A stretch of 64,000 bases of DNA from Oscillospiraceae bacterium. Its GTDB lineage: Bacteria; Bacillota; Clostridia; Oscillospirales; Oscillospiraceae. The notes below the pieces were generated by a model. That model had not been told where the DNA came from. It did not search any database and saw only the letters and a list, made by a program, of their open reading frames with translations. The position numbers were made by a program, and so were the translations under genes. Positions 48,521 through 57,296 of the stretch are shown in pieces; the stretch's first letter is position 1, and every line of letters begins with the position of its first letter. Location: NCBI GenBank assembly GCA_015068235.1, contig SVKY01000001.1, forward strand, positions 5,660 to 69,659, given 5' to 3'.

Positions 48521-49524
48521 AATATTTTAGCATACAATTTCAGCAATCGATAAATGAACGGCTTGCACACATAGTCAAACTGTCCTGCATAGGCAACAAA
48601 CTGCGCTGAAAAGCCTTGTTTGAACTGATGAAGTCCGAGCTTTGGATTGCCTTGCACGGGATAACCTTCCACCCCACGCATATCAAAATAACGACAACCT
48701 TCCAAAATTGCATCGCTTTGCATCTGCCATTGCAGAAGCTCATTGGGATGCGATTTTCGATTCTCTGGATCGGAAGCGCCGTACATATACCACGCTCGAT
48801 CGCCCATAAAAACCGCAATGCTGCCTGCAATTGCACGGTTGTTTTCCCACGCTAAATAAAGCCTTGCACGCTCCTCCATCTGATCTAAAAAGCGTTTGAA
48901 ATAGTGATACTCCCTGAGCGAAAAGCCGTTATGCTGCGCAGTTTTCCGCATCAGCGCATAAAAAGCATCCATGTCGCTCGACCTTTCGATCCGAACACCA
49001 TTTTTTACAGCAGTACGCAAGTGACGCCTTGTCGATGGATGATAGCTTTTTTCCAAGTCTTTTGGCGTTTTTTCGTGTAGATCAAGCAAATAGCACATTC
49101 TCGGCTGATACAAGGAATAGTTGTCTGCTTGATCACAGACAAAGCCCTCTCTTTTCATCCATGAGATAAATGCACTATCCTCCTCGCGCACCATCGGATC
49201 CAAGCGGAGGAAAACCGCATTCAAGCGATACGCAAGCTCTTTTGCCGCTTCTAAAAGCTTCAAAAGCGTCTTTTGATCTCCATGGTCATAAATTGGACCT
49301 CTTGGCGCATAGAGGATGGAAGTATTTTTCCATTTCAGCTTTCTTGACAGCAGCGTCATGGTGCCTCGAATTTTTCGATCTGTATCACGGCAAATGATAC
49401 CGTGCCACGACCAATCATTTTTTACTCGTCCCCATAGCGATGTTTGCATAAAGTGACATTTTTTATGCTGTTTTACAAACTCGTCCAATTCCTGCGCATT
49501 TACAAGCTCCGTAAATTCGATCAT
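48517..49524 (-). CDS. FemAB-family peptidoglycan interpeptide-bridge aminoacyltransferase
   Basis: CHFMQTSLWGRVK, ILYAPRGP, and a 335-aa two-GNAT-like layout typical of FemX/FemAB. Confidence 0.7.
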   Translation of the reverse strand: MIEFTELVNAQELDEFVKQHKKCHFMQTSLWGRVKNDWSWHGIICRDTDRKIRGTMTLLSRKLKWKNTSILYAPRGPIYDHGDQKTLLKLLEAAKELAYRLNAVFLRLDPMVREEDSAFISWMKREGFVCDQADNYSLYQPRMCYLLDLHEKTPKDLEKSYHPSTRRHLRTAVKNGVRIERSSDMDAFYALMRKTAQHNGFSLREYHYFKRFLDQMEERARLYLAWENNRAIAGSIAVFMGDRAWYMYGASDPENRKSHPNELLQWQMQSDAILEGCRYFDMRGVEGYPVQGNPKLGLHQFKQGFSAQFVAYAGQFDYVCKPFIYRLLKLYAKIF

Positions 49525-49586
49525 GATATGTACTTCCTTTTCTGTTTGTCAGAAAAAGAATAGCATTCACTTGCATCTGCTTTTCG

Positions 49587-50360
49587 TCAATCTTGCATCA
49601 TATCTGCATCCTCAGCTTCCGAAACTTCTGCATTCATAATGGAATCATCAATGCTTGTCCAACGGATTATTTCGGTATTTAGATTGAAATTAAGACCAAA
49701 ACCAAGACGTTCTCCCTCGGCATTCAAAAGATAGCCCGAGATCACAGCCCAATTTTCACCGTCATCATAATAGGTTTCACTGATTTTGATATCCTCAATG
49801 GTCATATCATAATATTTAGCAAATGCTTCGATTGTTTTTACGGACAATAGCTCTTCACCGAATGTTACGTTTAGGACATCCGCCGCTCGTTCCCAAGGAG
49901 CGATCGCACTTCCGATGCAAAGGATTTTATTGCTTTCTCGGTCAATGATGGCGAATGCACTTTCCGACACAATCCGATAGACTCTTAATATCTGCTGTTC
50001 ATCAATATAAACCAAATGCTCAACATCATAGTGATGTTCAAATTCTTCCACAGCAATTGGCGAAGATTGATATCCATATTCAAGCAGGTCTTCAAATTCT
50101 TTTTGCAGGATCTGCATCGCCTCGGTGATTTGATCGTCGGTGATGTCCAATGCAACCGCTTGTGCATTTGGGTCATTTAGAAGTTGAAGCCGCTTAAAAA
50201 GATCGATATCTTCGTCCAAGCTAACCTGAAGTGAAAGATCGCTTTTAAGTTCCCATTCGTGCGACTTTTGCATTTGATGCCCAAGCAACCATTTCGGAAG
50301 CATGAAGCCCGATGCCACAACTGCACCAATCATAAGAATCATGATCAGCCCTTTTTTCAC
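49587..50360 (-). CDS. Membrane-anchored acidic protein of unknown function
   Basis: GTG start behind GGAGGTGA, overlapping the kinase stop by 1 nt. One N-terminal TM segment. I recognise no family. Confidence 0.55.
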   Translation of the reverse strand: MKKGLIMILMIGAVVASGFMLPKWLLGHQMQKSHEWELKSDLSLQVSLDEDIDLFKRLQLLNDPNAQAVALDITDDQITEAMQILQKEFEDLLEYGYQSSPIAVEEFEHHYDVEHLVYIDEQQILRVYRIVSESAFAIIDRESNKILCIGSAIAPWERAADVLNVTFGEELLSVKTIEAFAKYYDMTIEDIKISETYYDDGENWAVISGYLLNAEGERLGFGLNFNLNTEIIRWTSIDDSIMNAEVSEAEDADMMQD

Positions 50361-51751
50361 TACGCCTCACCTCCCAAACAGATCGATACTCTCGTTCCCC
50401 TTCCGACCACACTTTCAAATCTGAGCTGTGTGCCGTGAAGCGCCGCAATGCGTTCACATAGTGCCAAACCTAAACCTGCTCCACCGTCCGCCCTTGCACG
50501 GGATTTGTTCACCATATAAAACGGCTCGGTCAAGCGTGGAAAAACCTCCTGCGACATACCTCTTCCTTCATCCGTAACACAAAGCAAATATCCGTTAGGG
50601 CGCATTTCGCCGCTTAAAAGAATATTGCTGCCTTCATCAGATGCTTTTCTTGCATTGTCGATCAGGTTGTATAGCAAATTATGCAGCAACTCAGGCATGA
50701 CAAAGAGGCTCCGATCCTCTACATTCAATCGAAGTGTAATCTGTTTCTGTTTTAACATAAAAGCGCAGCTTTTTTCGACCTCAAGTGAAAGCCTTTTCAT
50801 GGAGCAAAGCTTAAAATCAGGCTTCTGCCTCTCTAATGCAAATAAGTCCAACAGCGCAAACGACATTGCCTCCAAACGTTTGCCTTCGGAAACAATGTAA
50901 TCTGCCGCTTCAAAGCGCTTTTGCGCCGACAGCTCACGGCTTCTGAGCGTATCTGCATAACCAATAACGGAAGTCAATGGCGTTTTTAATTCATGAGCAA
51001 AGCTTGCGGTAAAATCCTTTTGCCTTCTGAGCGCTTCGGCAAGCTCCGCAATTTTTTGTTCCAGTACATCCGCCATGTCGTTAAAATCTTTTGCGACCTG
51101 TCCGAACTCATCTTTTGCGCGTACATTAACACGTCTGTCATAATAGCCCGAAGAAAGCCGCTTTGCAGTTCTTGAAATCTTGCTCAACGGTCTTGTTAAT
51201 ACCAAGGTAAAAAGCGTTGTCATCGCTACCGCAATTGCCAAAATCGCAAGCATGATATATTGATAACGTGATAAATTCTCTTGCGTTTGCAGGTAAAGCA
51301 TCGAAACATCATTTTCTCTTTGCACAAAGCAATGAAGAGAGCAAATCTCAAGAGAAAGCGTTGTTACTATATATTCATTCTCACTGATCCAGCTTTGCGA
51401 TGCGTATAGCTTCTGTGGAGCATATACCGCATCGGAGTGCATATTCGCTGTCTGAAAAATAAGCTGTTTTTCTTCGTCCCAAAGCGAAAACTCATAGCTG
51501 CTCAAAGCTCCGCCTGTTTTGGTAAGCTCCTGCATAAGCTGTTTTAGTTCCGTTGTTGACTTGATCTCTTGATCGGCTGATGTGATCGCACGCAGCATTG
51601 TCGAAAAAAGTCTCATTTCCTCCTGTGCAATATCCATCTGCGACGAGAGTCGATCTTCAAATGATAAGCTAACCACACTGTATCCGCCAATCGAAAGCGA
51701 CAGAGTCAAAAGTATCGTTGTCAGCAGGATCATTTTCCACGAAAACTTCAT
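50360..51751 (-). CDS. Sensor histidine kinase (two TM segments, HAMP, HisKA, HATPase)
   Basis: H-box SFAHELKTPLTSVIGYADTL and G-box GGAGLGLALCERI. Start ATG 51751 is preceded by GGAGG; the ORF-track start at 51913 lies inside the regulator gene. Confidence 0.85.
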   Translation of the reverse strand: MKFSWKMILLTTILLTLSLSIGGYSVVSLSFEDRLSSQMDIAQEEMRLFSTMLRAITSADQEIKSTTELKQLMQELTKTGGALSSYEFSLWDEEKQLIFQTANMHSDAVYAPQKLYASQSWISENEYIVTTLSLEICSLHCFVQRENDVSMLYLQTQENLSRYQYIMLAILAIAVAMTTLFTLVLTRPLSKISRTAKRLSSGYYDRRVNVRAKDEFGQVAKDFNDMADVLEQKIAELAEALRRQKDFTASFAHELKTPLTSVIGYADTLRSRELSAQKRFEAADYIVSEGKRLEAMSFALLDLFALERQKPDFKLCSMKRLSLEVEKSCAFMLKQKQITLRLNVEDRSLFVMPELLHNLLYNLIDNARKASDEGSNILLSGEMRPNGYLLCVTDEGRGMSQEVFPRLTEPFYMVNKSRARADGGAGLGLALCERIAALHGTQLRFESVVGRGTRVSICLGGEA

Positions 51752-51752
51752 T

Positions 51753-52403
51753 CTATGCCTCCAACCGATACCCAACCTTATAGATTGCAACCAAGCATTT
51801 CTGCCAGCCGAGTTTTTTTCTGAGTCTTTGCACATGCAAATCAACTGTGCGGCTATCTCCGTTGTATTCCGTTTCCCAGACACGCTCATAGATCGTATCT
51901 CGGAAAAGTGCAATATTTCTGTTTCTGACGAACAGCAATAACAGCTCGTATTCCTTGTGTGTTAACATGATCGGCACACCCTTTTTACTGACGAGCATCG
52001 ATTTTGGCTCAATGATGACATCCCCGATCTCATAGCGTTCCTCGGTTTTTCCGGTTCTGCGCAAAACACTTTCGACTCGAGCGATCAGCTCAACGATCTC
52101 AAAGGGCTTGACCAAATAATCATCTGCACCTGCACGCAGCCCCTGCACACGATCCTGCAAGCTTCCCTTCGCTGTGATAAAGATCACAGGTGTTCCTAAC
52201 GGACGAATTTGCTCCAACAGCTCATAGCCGCTCGCCCCCGGTAGCATAATGTCGAGCAAAATCAGATCATATGTATGATTCTCGATCAAATCCGCAGCCT
52301 CCAAACCGTCATAGACACAGCTGCATTGATATCCACTTGCCGATAAATTCAAGTCGATGAGATTTGCAATCGGACGTTCATCCTCAACAATCAATATTTT
52401 CAT
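51753..52403 (-). CDS. OmpR-family response regulator
   Basis: MKILIVEDERPIANLI, DLILLDIMLPG, and a winged-helix C-terminus VYKVGYRLE. The ORF-track N-terminal extension to 52670 reads through an intergenic repeat. Confidence 0.88.
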   Translation of the reverse strand: MKILIVEDERPIANLIDLNLSASGYQCSCVYDGLEAADLIENHTYDLILLDIMLPGASGYELLEQIRPLGTPVIFITAKGSLQDRVQGLRAGADDYLVKPFEIVELIARVESVLRRTGKTEERYEIGDVIIEPKSMLVSKKGVPIMLTHKEYELLLLFVRNRNIALFRDTIYERVWETEYNGDSRTVDLHVQRLRKKLGWQKCLVAIYKVGYRLEA

Positions 52404-52483
52404 TTGTACACCTTCTTTTCTAAAATTTGCTAACACATTAAGTAATTTCCGATTTACCGGGCAGTTTCGGATTTGTACAGAGG

Positions 52484-52635
52484 AAAGCCTTCTCCTTGAG
52501 GAGAAGGTGCCACGAAGGGGCAGATGAGGTGGAAAGATTACGAATTTGCCGAAAGCTATTGTAAAAAAGCAACTTTTTCTGCACACCTCATCAGTCAGCT
52601 GCGCTGACAGCTTCTCATCAAGGAGAAGCCTTAGC
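52484..52635. repeat. Composite palindromic intergenic repeat made of two ~50-nt inverted arms, each with two internal hairpins, around a ~50-nt spacer
   Basis: The reverse complement of arm A, CACCTCATCTGCCCCTTCGTGGCACCTTCTCCTCAAGGAGAAGGCT, aligns with arm B, CACCTCATCAGTCAGCTGCGCTGACAGCTTCTCATCAAGGAGAAGCCT. Confidence 0.6.
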
Positions 52636-52718
52636 CTGCGCGAACTGAAAGATAAATCGGAATTTGACAAACATTACGATTCTAATTTTGCAACAAATTT
52701 GCATCATTTTTCCATCAT

Positions 52719-52751
52719 AAAAACAGCGGTACGATGCAGTACCGCTGTTTT
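52719..52751. terminator. Terminator after the TIM-barrel/AMP-ligase gene
   Basis: AAAACAGCGGTAC / GTACCGCTGTTTT. Confidence 0.8.
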
Positions 52752-52754
52752 GGA

Positions 52755-55262
52755 TTATATCGTTGATTTTGCGGTGTCGATGCCGTCCCCTTGGAGCTTC
52801 AGCCGTTCGACCGCTTCTTCGCGCATTTTGTATTTCAAAATTTTTCCTGCCGCATTCATCGGGAAAGAATCGACAAAGCAGATATATTTCGGTACCTTGT
52901 GACGTGCCATACTCGCCTTAATAAAATCCGTCATTTCCTGTTCAGAAACCGAGCCGTGCTCTTTGAGGATGATGCACGCCATGATCTCCTCACCGTATTT
53001 TTTATCCGGCACACCGATGACTTGAACATCTCTGACCTTCGGATGTGTATAGATAAATTCCTCGATTTCTTTGGGATAAATGTTTTCACCGCCACGGATG
53101 ATCATGTCCTTGAGTCTGCCTGTAATGCGATAATTTCCATCCTGATCTCTGCACGCCAAATCGCCGGAATGCAGCCAGCCTTCGCTGTCCACCGTGTCAC
53201 GAGTTGCATCGGGCATCTTGTAATAGCCCTTCATCGTGTTGTACCCGCGAGAGCAGAATTCGCCGTTGACACCATCAGGAACTTCTTCGCCTGTCTCGGG
53301 ATCGATGATCTTGCATTGAATATGTGGGAACGCATAACCGACCGTATCGCATCGCAAATCGATTGGATCATCCCAGGAGGACATCGTGCTGCCCGGTGCA
53401 GATTCCGTCTGACCGTAAACGCTGACGATCCCTCGCATATTCATCTCGTCTTTCTGCGCCGCTCTGCGCATCAAATCAGGCGGACAGCCGGCACCAGCCA
53501 TAATGCCTGTACGCATATAGGAAAAGTCGGTTTTTCTATAATCCGGATGGTTAAACATTGCAATGAACATCGTCGGCACGCCGTGGAAGCAGGTAATATG
53601 CTCCTGATTGATGCACGCAAGCGAGGATTTTGCCGAAAAATACGGCAACGGACACAGCGTTGCACCGTGGGTCATAGCAGCTGTCATTGCAAGCACCATG
53701 CCGAAACAGTGGAACATCGGTACCTGGATCATCATGCGATCGGCAGTGGACAGATCCATACGGTCACCGATACATTTTCCATCATTGACAACATTGTAGT
53801 GTGTCAACATAACACCTTTGGGAAAGCCTGTTGTGCCCGATGTATACTGCATATTGCAAACATCGTTGGCTCTGACATTCGCTGCCATGCGATGGACTTC
53901 TTCAATCGGCGTTAAGCTTGCTCGTTCCATCGCTTCATCAAATGTCAAACAGCCGTTTTGGCGGAAGCCAACCGTAATTACATTCCGCAAAAATGGCAGA
54001 CGTTTGCAATGCAAGCTCTTTCCCACTTTCGTGTTCTCAATTTCAGGACAAAGGGTATTTATGATCTCTTTGTAATTAGAATCCAAGCATGATTCAATCA
54101 TCACGAGAGTGTGCGTGTCGGACTGTCTGAGCAGATATTCCGCTTCATGGATCTTGTAAGCCGTATTGACCGTCACCAAGATCGCACCGATCTTCGTTGC
54201 CGCCCAAAATGTAATATACCACGCAGGCACATTTGTTGCCCATATTGCGACCTTACTGCCTGCACGTACACCCATGGAGATCAATGCTCTTGCGAAATTA
54301 TCAACATCTTCTCTGAATTCTTCGTATGTTCGTGTATAGTCTAAGGTCGTATACTTAAACGCATACTGATCCGGGAATTCCTCAACCACACGGTCCAACA
54401 GCTGTGGGAATGTCAGATCAATCAGTTCATCTTTTTTCCACAGGAACTGACCTGAGTGATCGTGGTTGAAATAAAGAGACTTTTTCATGCTTCGGGGCGA
54501 GTCAAAGCGGTTCATATAATTGACAAAATACGGAAAAATAATGTCACGCTCCTGCAGATCCTCCATCCATTCGGGCTTCCATTCCAACGAAATAAAGCCA
54601 TCGTAGTTGATCGAGGACAGCGCACGCATCATATCGGCAACGGGAAGTGTTCCCTCTCCGATCAGATTATAAGTATCCTTATTATCCGAATCACGCAGAT
54701 GCACATGGCGCACATAGGCACCTAAATTCTTGATCGTTGTGTCTGCGCTCTCGCCCATATCCCGATAAGGATGATGCATATCCCAAAGTGCACCGAGATG
54801 ATCGGACGCAAATTCATCCATCACATTTCGAAGCCTTGCCGTATCTGCAAAAATGCCACTCGTTTTGATCAGCAATGTAACGCCGAGCTCCTGTGCATTG
54901 TCCAGTAGCTTTGCAATCCGTTCACGCACAAGCACTTCATTCTCCGTCAGTGCACAGGCGACGACATATTCCACCTTCATCTGTCGTGCGATGTTCATCA
55001 AATCATAAAGCATTTCAATCTTTTCGCCTTCATCTGACAAATCGCACGACGTGTCAAAGCATGGAATTGCCAGCTTTTTCTCTCTAAGCTGACGTGCAGT
55101 CACTGCCAACTGATACTTCTCAAAAGCGCCGCCACGCTCTGTCATGGCGCTTTTATGCAGATTATAGACCTCAATTCCGTGAAAACGCATGTCGATTGCC
55201 GCATCTATCTGCGCTTGCCACGGCAAATCCAGCCAACCTCTTGTGGAAAAGGAGAGCTTCAT
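52755..55262 (-). CDS. Fusion protein: xylose-isomerase-like TIM barrel (about 280 aa) plus AMP-dependent acyl-CoA synthetase (about 550 aa)
   Basis: N-terminus MKLSFSTRGWLDLPWQAQIDAAIDMRFHGIEVYN...HLRDSD. The C-terminal part has YTSGTTGFPKGVMLTH, YGQTES, LHSGDLA...GRLKDMIIRGGENIYP and AAGKILK. ATGA overlap with the upstream gene. Confidence 0.8.
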   Translation of the reverse strand: MKLSFSTRGWLDLPWQAQIDAAIDMRFHGIEVYNLHKSAMTERGGAFEKYQLAVTARQLREKKLAIPCFDTSCDLSDEGEKIEMLYDLMNIARQMKVEYVVACALTENEVLVRERIAKLLDNAQELGVTLLIKTSGIFADTARLRNVMDEFASDHLGALWDMHHPYRDMGESADTTIKNLGAYVRHVHLRDSDNKDTYNLIGEGTLPVADMMRALSSINYDGFISLEWKPEWMEDLQERDIIFPYFVNYMNRFDSPRSMKKSLYFNHDHSGQFLWKKDELIDLTFPQLLDRVVEEFPDQYAFKYTTLDYTRTYEEFREDVDNFARALISMGVRAGSKVAIWATNVPAWYITFWAATKIGAILVTVNTAYKIHEAEYLLRQSDTHTLVMIESCLDSNYKEIINTLCPEIENTKVGKSLHCKRLPFLRNVITVGFRQNGCLTFDEAMERASLTPIEEVHRMAANVRANDVCNMQYTSGTTGFPKGVMLTHYNVVNDGKCIGDRMDLSTADRMMIQVPMFHCFGMVLAMTAAMTHGATLCPLPYFSAKSSLACINQEHITCFHGVPTMFIAMFNHPDYRKTDFSYMRTGIMAGAGCPPDLMRRAAQKDEMNMRGIVSVYGQTESAPGSTMSSWDDPIDLRCDTVGYAFPHIQCKIIDPETGEEVPDGVNGEFCSRGYNTMKGYYKMPDATRDTVDSEGWLHSGDLACRDQDGNYRITGRLKDMIIRGGENIYPKEIEEFIYTHPKVRDVQVIGVPDKKYGEEIMACIILKEHGSVSEQEMTDFIKASMARHKVPKYICFVDSFPMNAAGKILKYKMREEAVERLKLQGDGIDTAKSTI

Positions 55263-56662
55263 ACCTCCGCCTCCTCGTATACGATTTTATTCAATGCGCT
55301 CAAATAAGCTCGGATACTCGAACCGACGATATCGGTTGAAATACCACAGCCTGAATAGAGCTTTCCTTCCGAGCGCAGCTTGACCACCGTCTGACCCATT
55401 GCCTCGGTACCCTCGGTGACAGATTGAATTTGGAAATCGTCGAGTTCATAATGTCTGCCCACGATCTGCTCAATTGCCAAAAAAGCCGCATCAATTGGAC
55501 CATCACCAATGCAAACGCGCTCTAAATTAGCATCCTGTCGTTTGAGCTTCATATGTGCAGTTGCTGAGATCGTGTTGCCTGCGGTGATGACATAATTGTC
55601 AAGAACATATGTCGGCGGCACCTGCATCGCAGCCGATGCCACAATGGCGTCAAGCTCTTTTGCGCTGACCTTTTCCTTCTTCTCGGCAATTGACTTAAAT
55701 GCCTCATAAACAGCCGCACTGTCCTCTTCGGAAAGATCATAGCCCAAATGAACGACCGCCTGCGCAACCGTTGAAACATCGTCATGCACTGTTAAATAAT
55801 CGCTCTCGTCACCTTCTCGAACACCACTTTCAAACGGCGAGGTATCGCTTTTTTGAATCGTGCACATTCGTTCGATCTGCTTGCAAATTCTTCGCATCTG
55901 CGTGGTTTGGATCGTGCTTCGCAGCGCAAAAGCGTCCTCCTTTGCAGCAATCACACGGGCAATATTTTCAACGCTTGCCGTGTTGCGAGGGCAAACCGCA
56001 GCCTTGATTTCATCGACTCCACACGAAAGTGAAGCAACCACACAGGCATTTGCCATGCTGAGTGTATCATTGCAGCGTACACCAACATGAATTTCTTTCA
56101 ATTCAGGCAGTGCATCATAGACAGATTGGACAAATGCCTTGAATTCATCAGGCAGCATCGTTCCTGCAGCATCACAAAGTGTGACGCTCTGCGCGCCTGC
56201 ATCCATTGCGGTCTTGAGCGCACGGATCAAAAAAGTTGAGTCGCTACGTGTAGCATCATCGGCAATAAATTCAACATCATCGCAGACCTCACGGCAATTT
56301 TTGACCGTTTCTTCGATCGAAGCAAGCATCGCCTCAGGCTTCTTGTGGAACAGATATTCCATCTGCACTGCACTGACAGAAGCTCTTACCTGCAAACGAG
56401 GATGTTTTGCTTCCTTTAACGCCTGTATGCTCATTGCAACGCTTTGGGCATTTAATTCCACAGGTACGGCAACAATGCTCTGCTTAACGGCAAGTGCGAT
56501 CGATTTGATCAGCAAGGTATCGATCTTCGTCCGCTTGATCCCATCCAATTCGATCACGCTCACACCAAGCTTATCTAAAAGCTTGGCAAGCTCGATCTTT
56601 TCCTTAAAACTCAGACAATCGCCCTGCTGCATTGTAACATCACTGATTTTGATCGACTTCAT
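55259..56662 (-). CDS. 2-isopropylmalate-synthase-like (HMGL/DRE-TIM plus LeuA dimer/regulatory domain) protein with substituted catalytic motifs
   Basis: ISDVTMQQGDC occupies the place of DTTLRDGEQ, and GVRCNDTLSMANA occupies the place of HCHNDLGLAVAN. The C-terminal LeuA-allosteric-like domain is well preserved (GDGPIDAAFLAIEQIVG...VTEGTEAMGQTVVKL). Confidence 0.65.
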   Translation of the reverse strand: MKSIKISDVTMQQGDCLSFKEKIELAKLLDKLGVSVIELDGIKRTKIDTLLIKSIALAVKQSIVAVPVELNAQSVAMSIQALKEAKHPRLQVRASVSAVQMEYLFHKKPEAMLASIEETVKNCREVCDDVEFIADDATRSDSTFLIRALKTAMDAGAQSVTLCDAAGTMLPDEFKAFVQSVYDALPELKEIHVGVRCNDTLSMANACVVASLSCGVDEIKAAVCPRNTASVENIARVIAAKEDAFALRSTIQTTQMRRICKQIERMCTIQKSDTSPFESGVREGDESDYLTVHDDVSTVAQAVVHLGYDLSEEDSAAVYEAFKSIAEKKEKVSAKELDAIVASAAMQVPPTYVLDNYVITAGNTISATAHMKLKRQDANLERVCIGDGPIDAAFLAIEQIVGRHYELDDFQIQSVTEGTEAMGQTVVKLRSEGKLYSGCGISTDIVGSSIRAYLSALNKIVYEEAEV

Positions 56663-56677
56663 AATTGTTCTCCTAAC

Positions 56678-56932
56678 AAAAAAATCCCTGAAGCTCACGC
56701 TTCAGGGACGAATTTCAAAATTCGCGGTACCACCCTGCTTATCCCCGGAGGGATCACTCTCAGGCTCAAACAAGCCTTCTGCCGATAACGGGGCAACCGT
56801 GCTTCACTACATTCTCGCAAAGCCGACTCGGGAGGGAGAGCGTCAAATCCACGTTTATCGGCTCGCAGCGACCGCCGACTCTCTGAAAACGCAAACAGAT
56901 TCAACTTAGCTCCGTCAACATCTTTTGCTGTT
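56678..56932 (-). promoter_or_regulatory. T-box leader 1, inferred specifier CUC (Leu), with terminator
   Basis: On the minus strand: K-turn TTGACGGAG...CTCCCGAG, CAGAGAG, the T-box AGCAGGGTGGTACCGCGAA (plus coordinates 56721-56739), the terminator TCCCTGAAGC-GTGA-GCTTCAGGGA followed by TTTTTTT, then the RBS. CUC lies at 56836-56838. Confidence 0.85.
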
Positions 56933-56938
56933 AAAAGC

Positions 56939-57004
56939 ATTAAATCACAAAAACATGAAATTGTCAAGAAAAATATTGACAATCGCTTTTCAGTGTGATA
57001 AAGT
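56939..57004. promoter_or_regulatory. Back-to-back divergent sigma-A promoters for T-box leaders 1 and 2
   Basis: Minus strand: TTGACA (56962-56967), 17-nt spacer, TTTAAT (56939-56944). Plus strand: TTGACA (56976-56981), 17-nt spacer, TAAAGT (56999-57004). Confidence 0.55.
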
Positions 57005-57010
57005 AAATGC

Positions 57011-57270
57011 AATAAAGCAAAAGCGTTGACGAAGACGGTCGAATTTTAGTGCTTTCAGAGAGCCGATGTTTGGTGTAAATCGGCAGCATTTGATTCAGTA
57101 CCCATCCCTTCCGAGCCGGAGACCCAAAGATCACACCCAGTAGGCTCTCCCGTATATCTGCGTTAAGGATTAGAGCTTGTTTGAGCTCGAAGAGTGCGGT
57201 TTTTGCCGAAATTGAGTGGTACCGCGGGCGAAATGTATGCTCGTCTCAAGAGAGATCTTGAGACGTTTTT
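57011..57270 (+). promoter_or_regulatory. T-box leader 2, inferred specifier AUC (Ile), with terminator
   Basis: GCGTTGACGAAG...CTTCCGAGC K-turn, CAGAGAG, the distal TGGTGTAAA, the T-box ATTGAGTGGTACCGCGGGC (57209-57227), and the terminator CGTCTCAAG...CTTGAGACG followed by TTTTTTT. AUC lies at 57114-57116. Confidence 0.85.
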
Positions 57271-57296
57271 TTATTTTCTTCAAGGAGGAATCATCG

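Noticed and set aside
52404-52670. 89-aa N-terminal extension of the response regulator, and the plus-strand ORF at 52546-52902.
   Set aside because: Both read through the palindromic intergenic repeat and a terminator. The regulator has a canonical MKILIVEDE start with an RBS at 52403.
56139-57012. Plus-strand 256-aa ORF (56139-56909) and minus-strand 105-aa ORF (56695-57012).
   Set aside because: The first is antisense to the IPMS-like gene. The second is a translation of T-box leader 1 and its promoter.
57106-57116. Alternative specifiers for T-box leader 2 (UAC Tyr, ACC Thr, CCC/CCA Pro, CAU His) within AGTACCCATCC.
   Set aside because: Alignment of the three leaders on the conserved CTYCCGAG strand places AUC in the same column as CUC and GUC. 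UAC would sit 7 nt from the helix, unlike known T-boxes. This remains an inference that needs a covariance-model check.
57216-57296. ORF-track start (MVPR...) for the two synthetase paralogs, at 57216 and likewise at 59799.
   Set aside because: The GTG GTA CCG CGG that gives MVPR is the conserved T-box sequence itself. A terminator hairpin and a strong RBS lie between it and the in-frame ATGs at 57297 and 59883.
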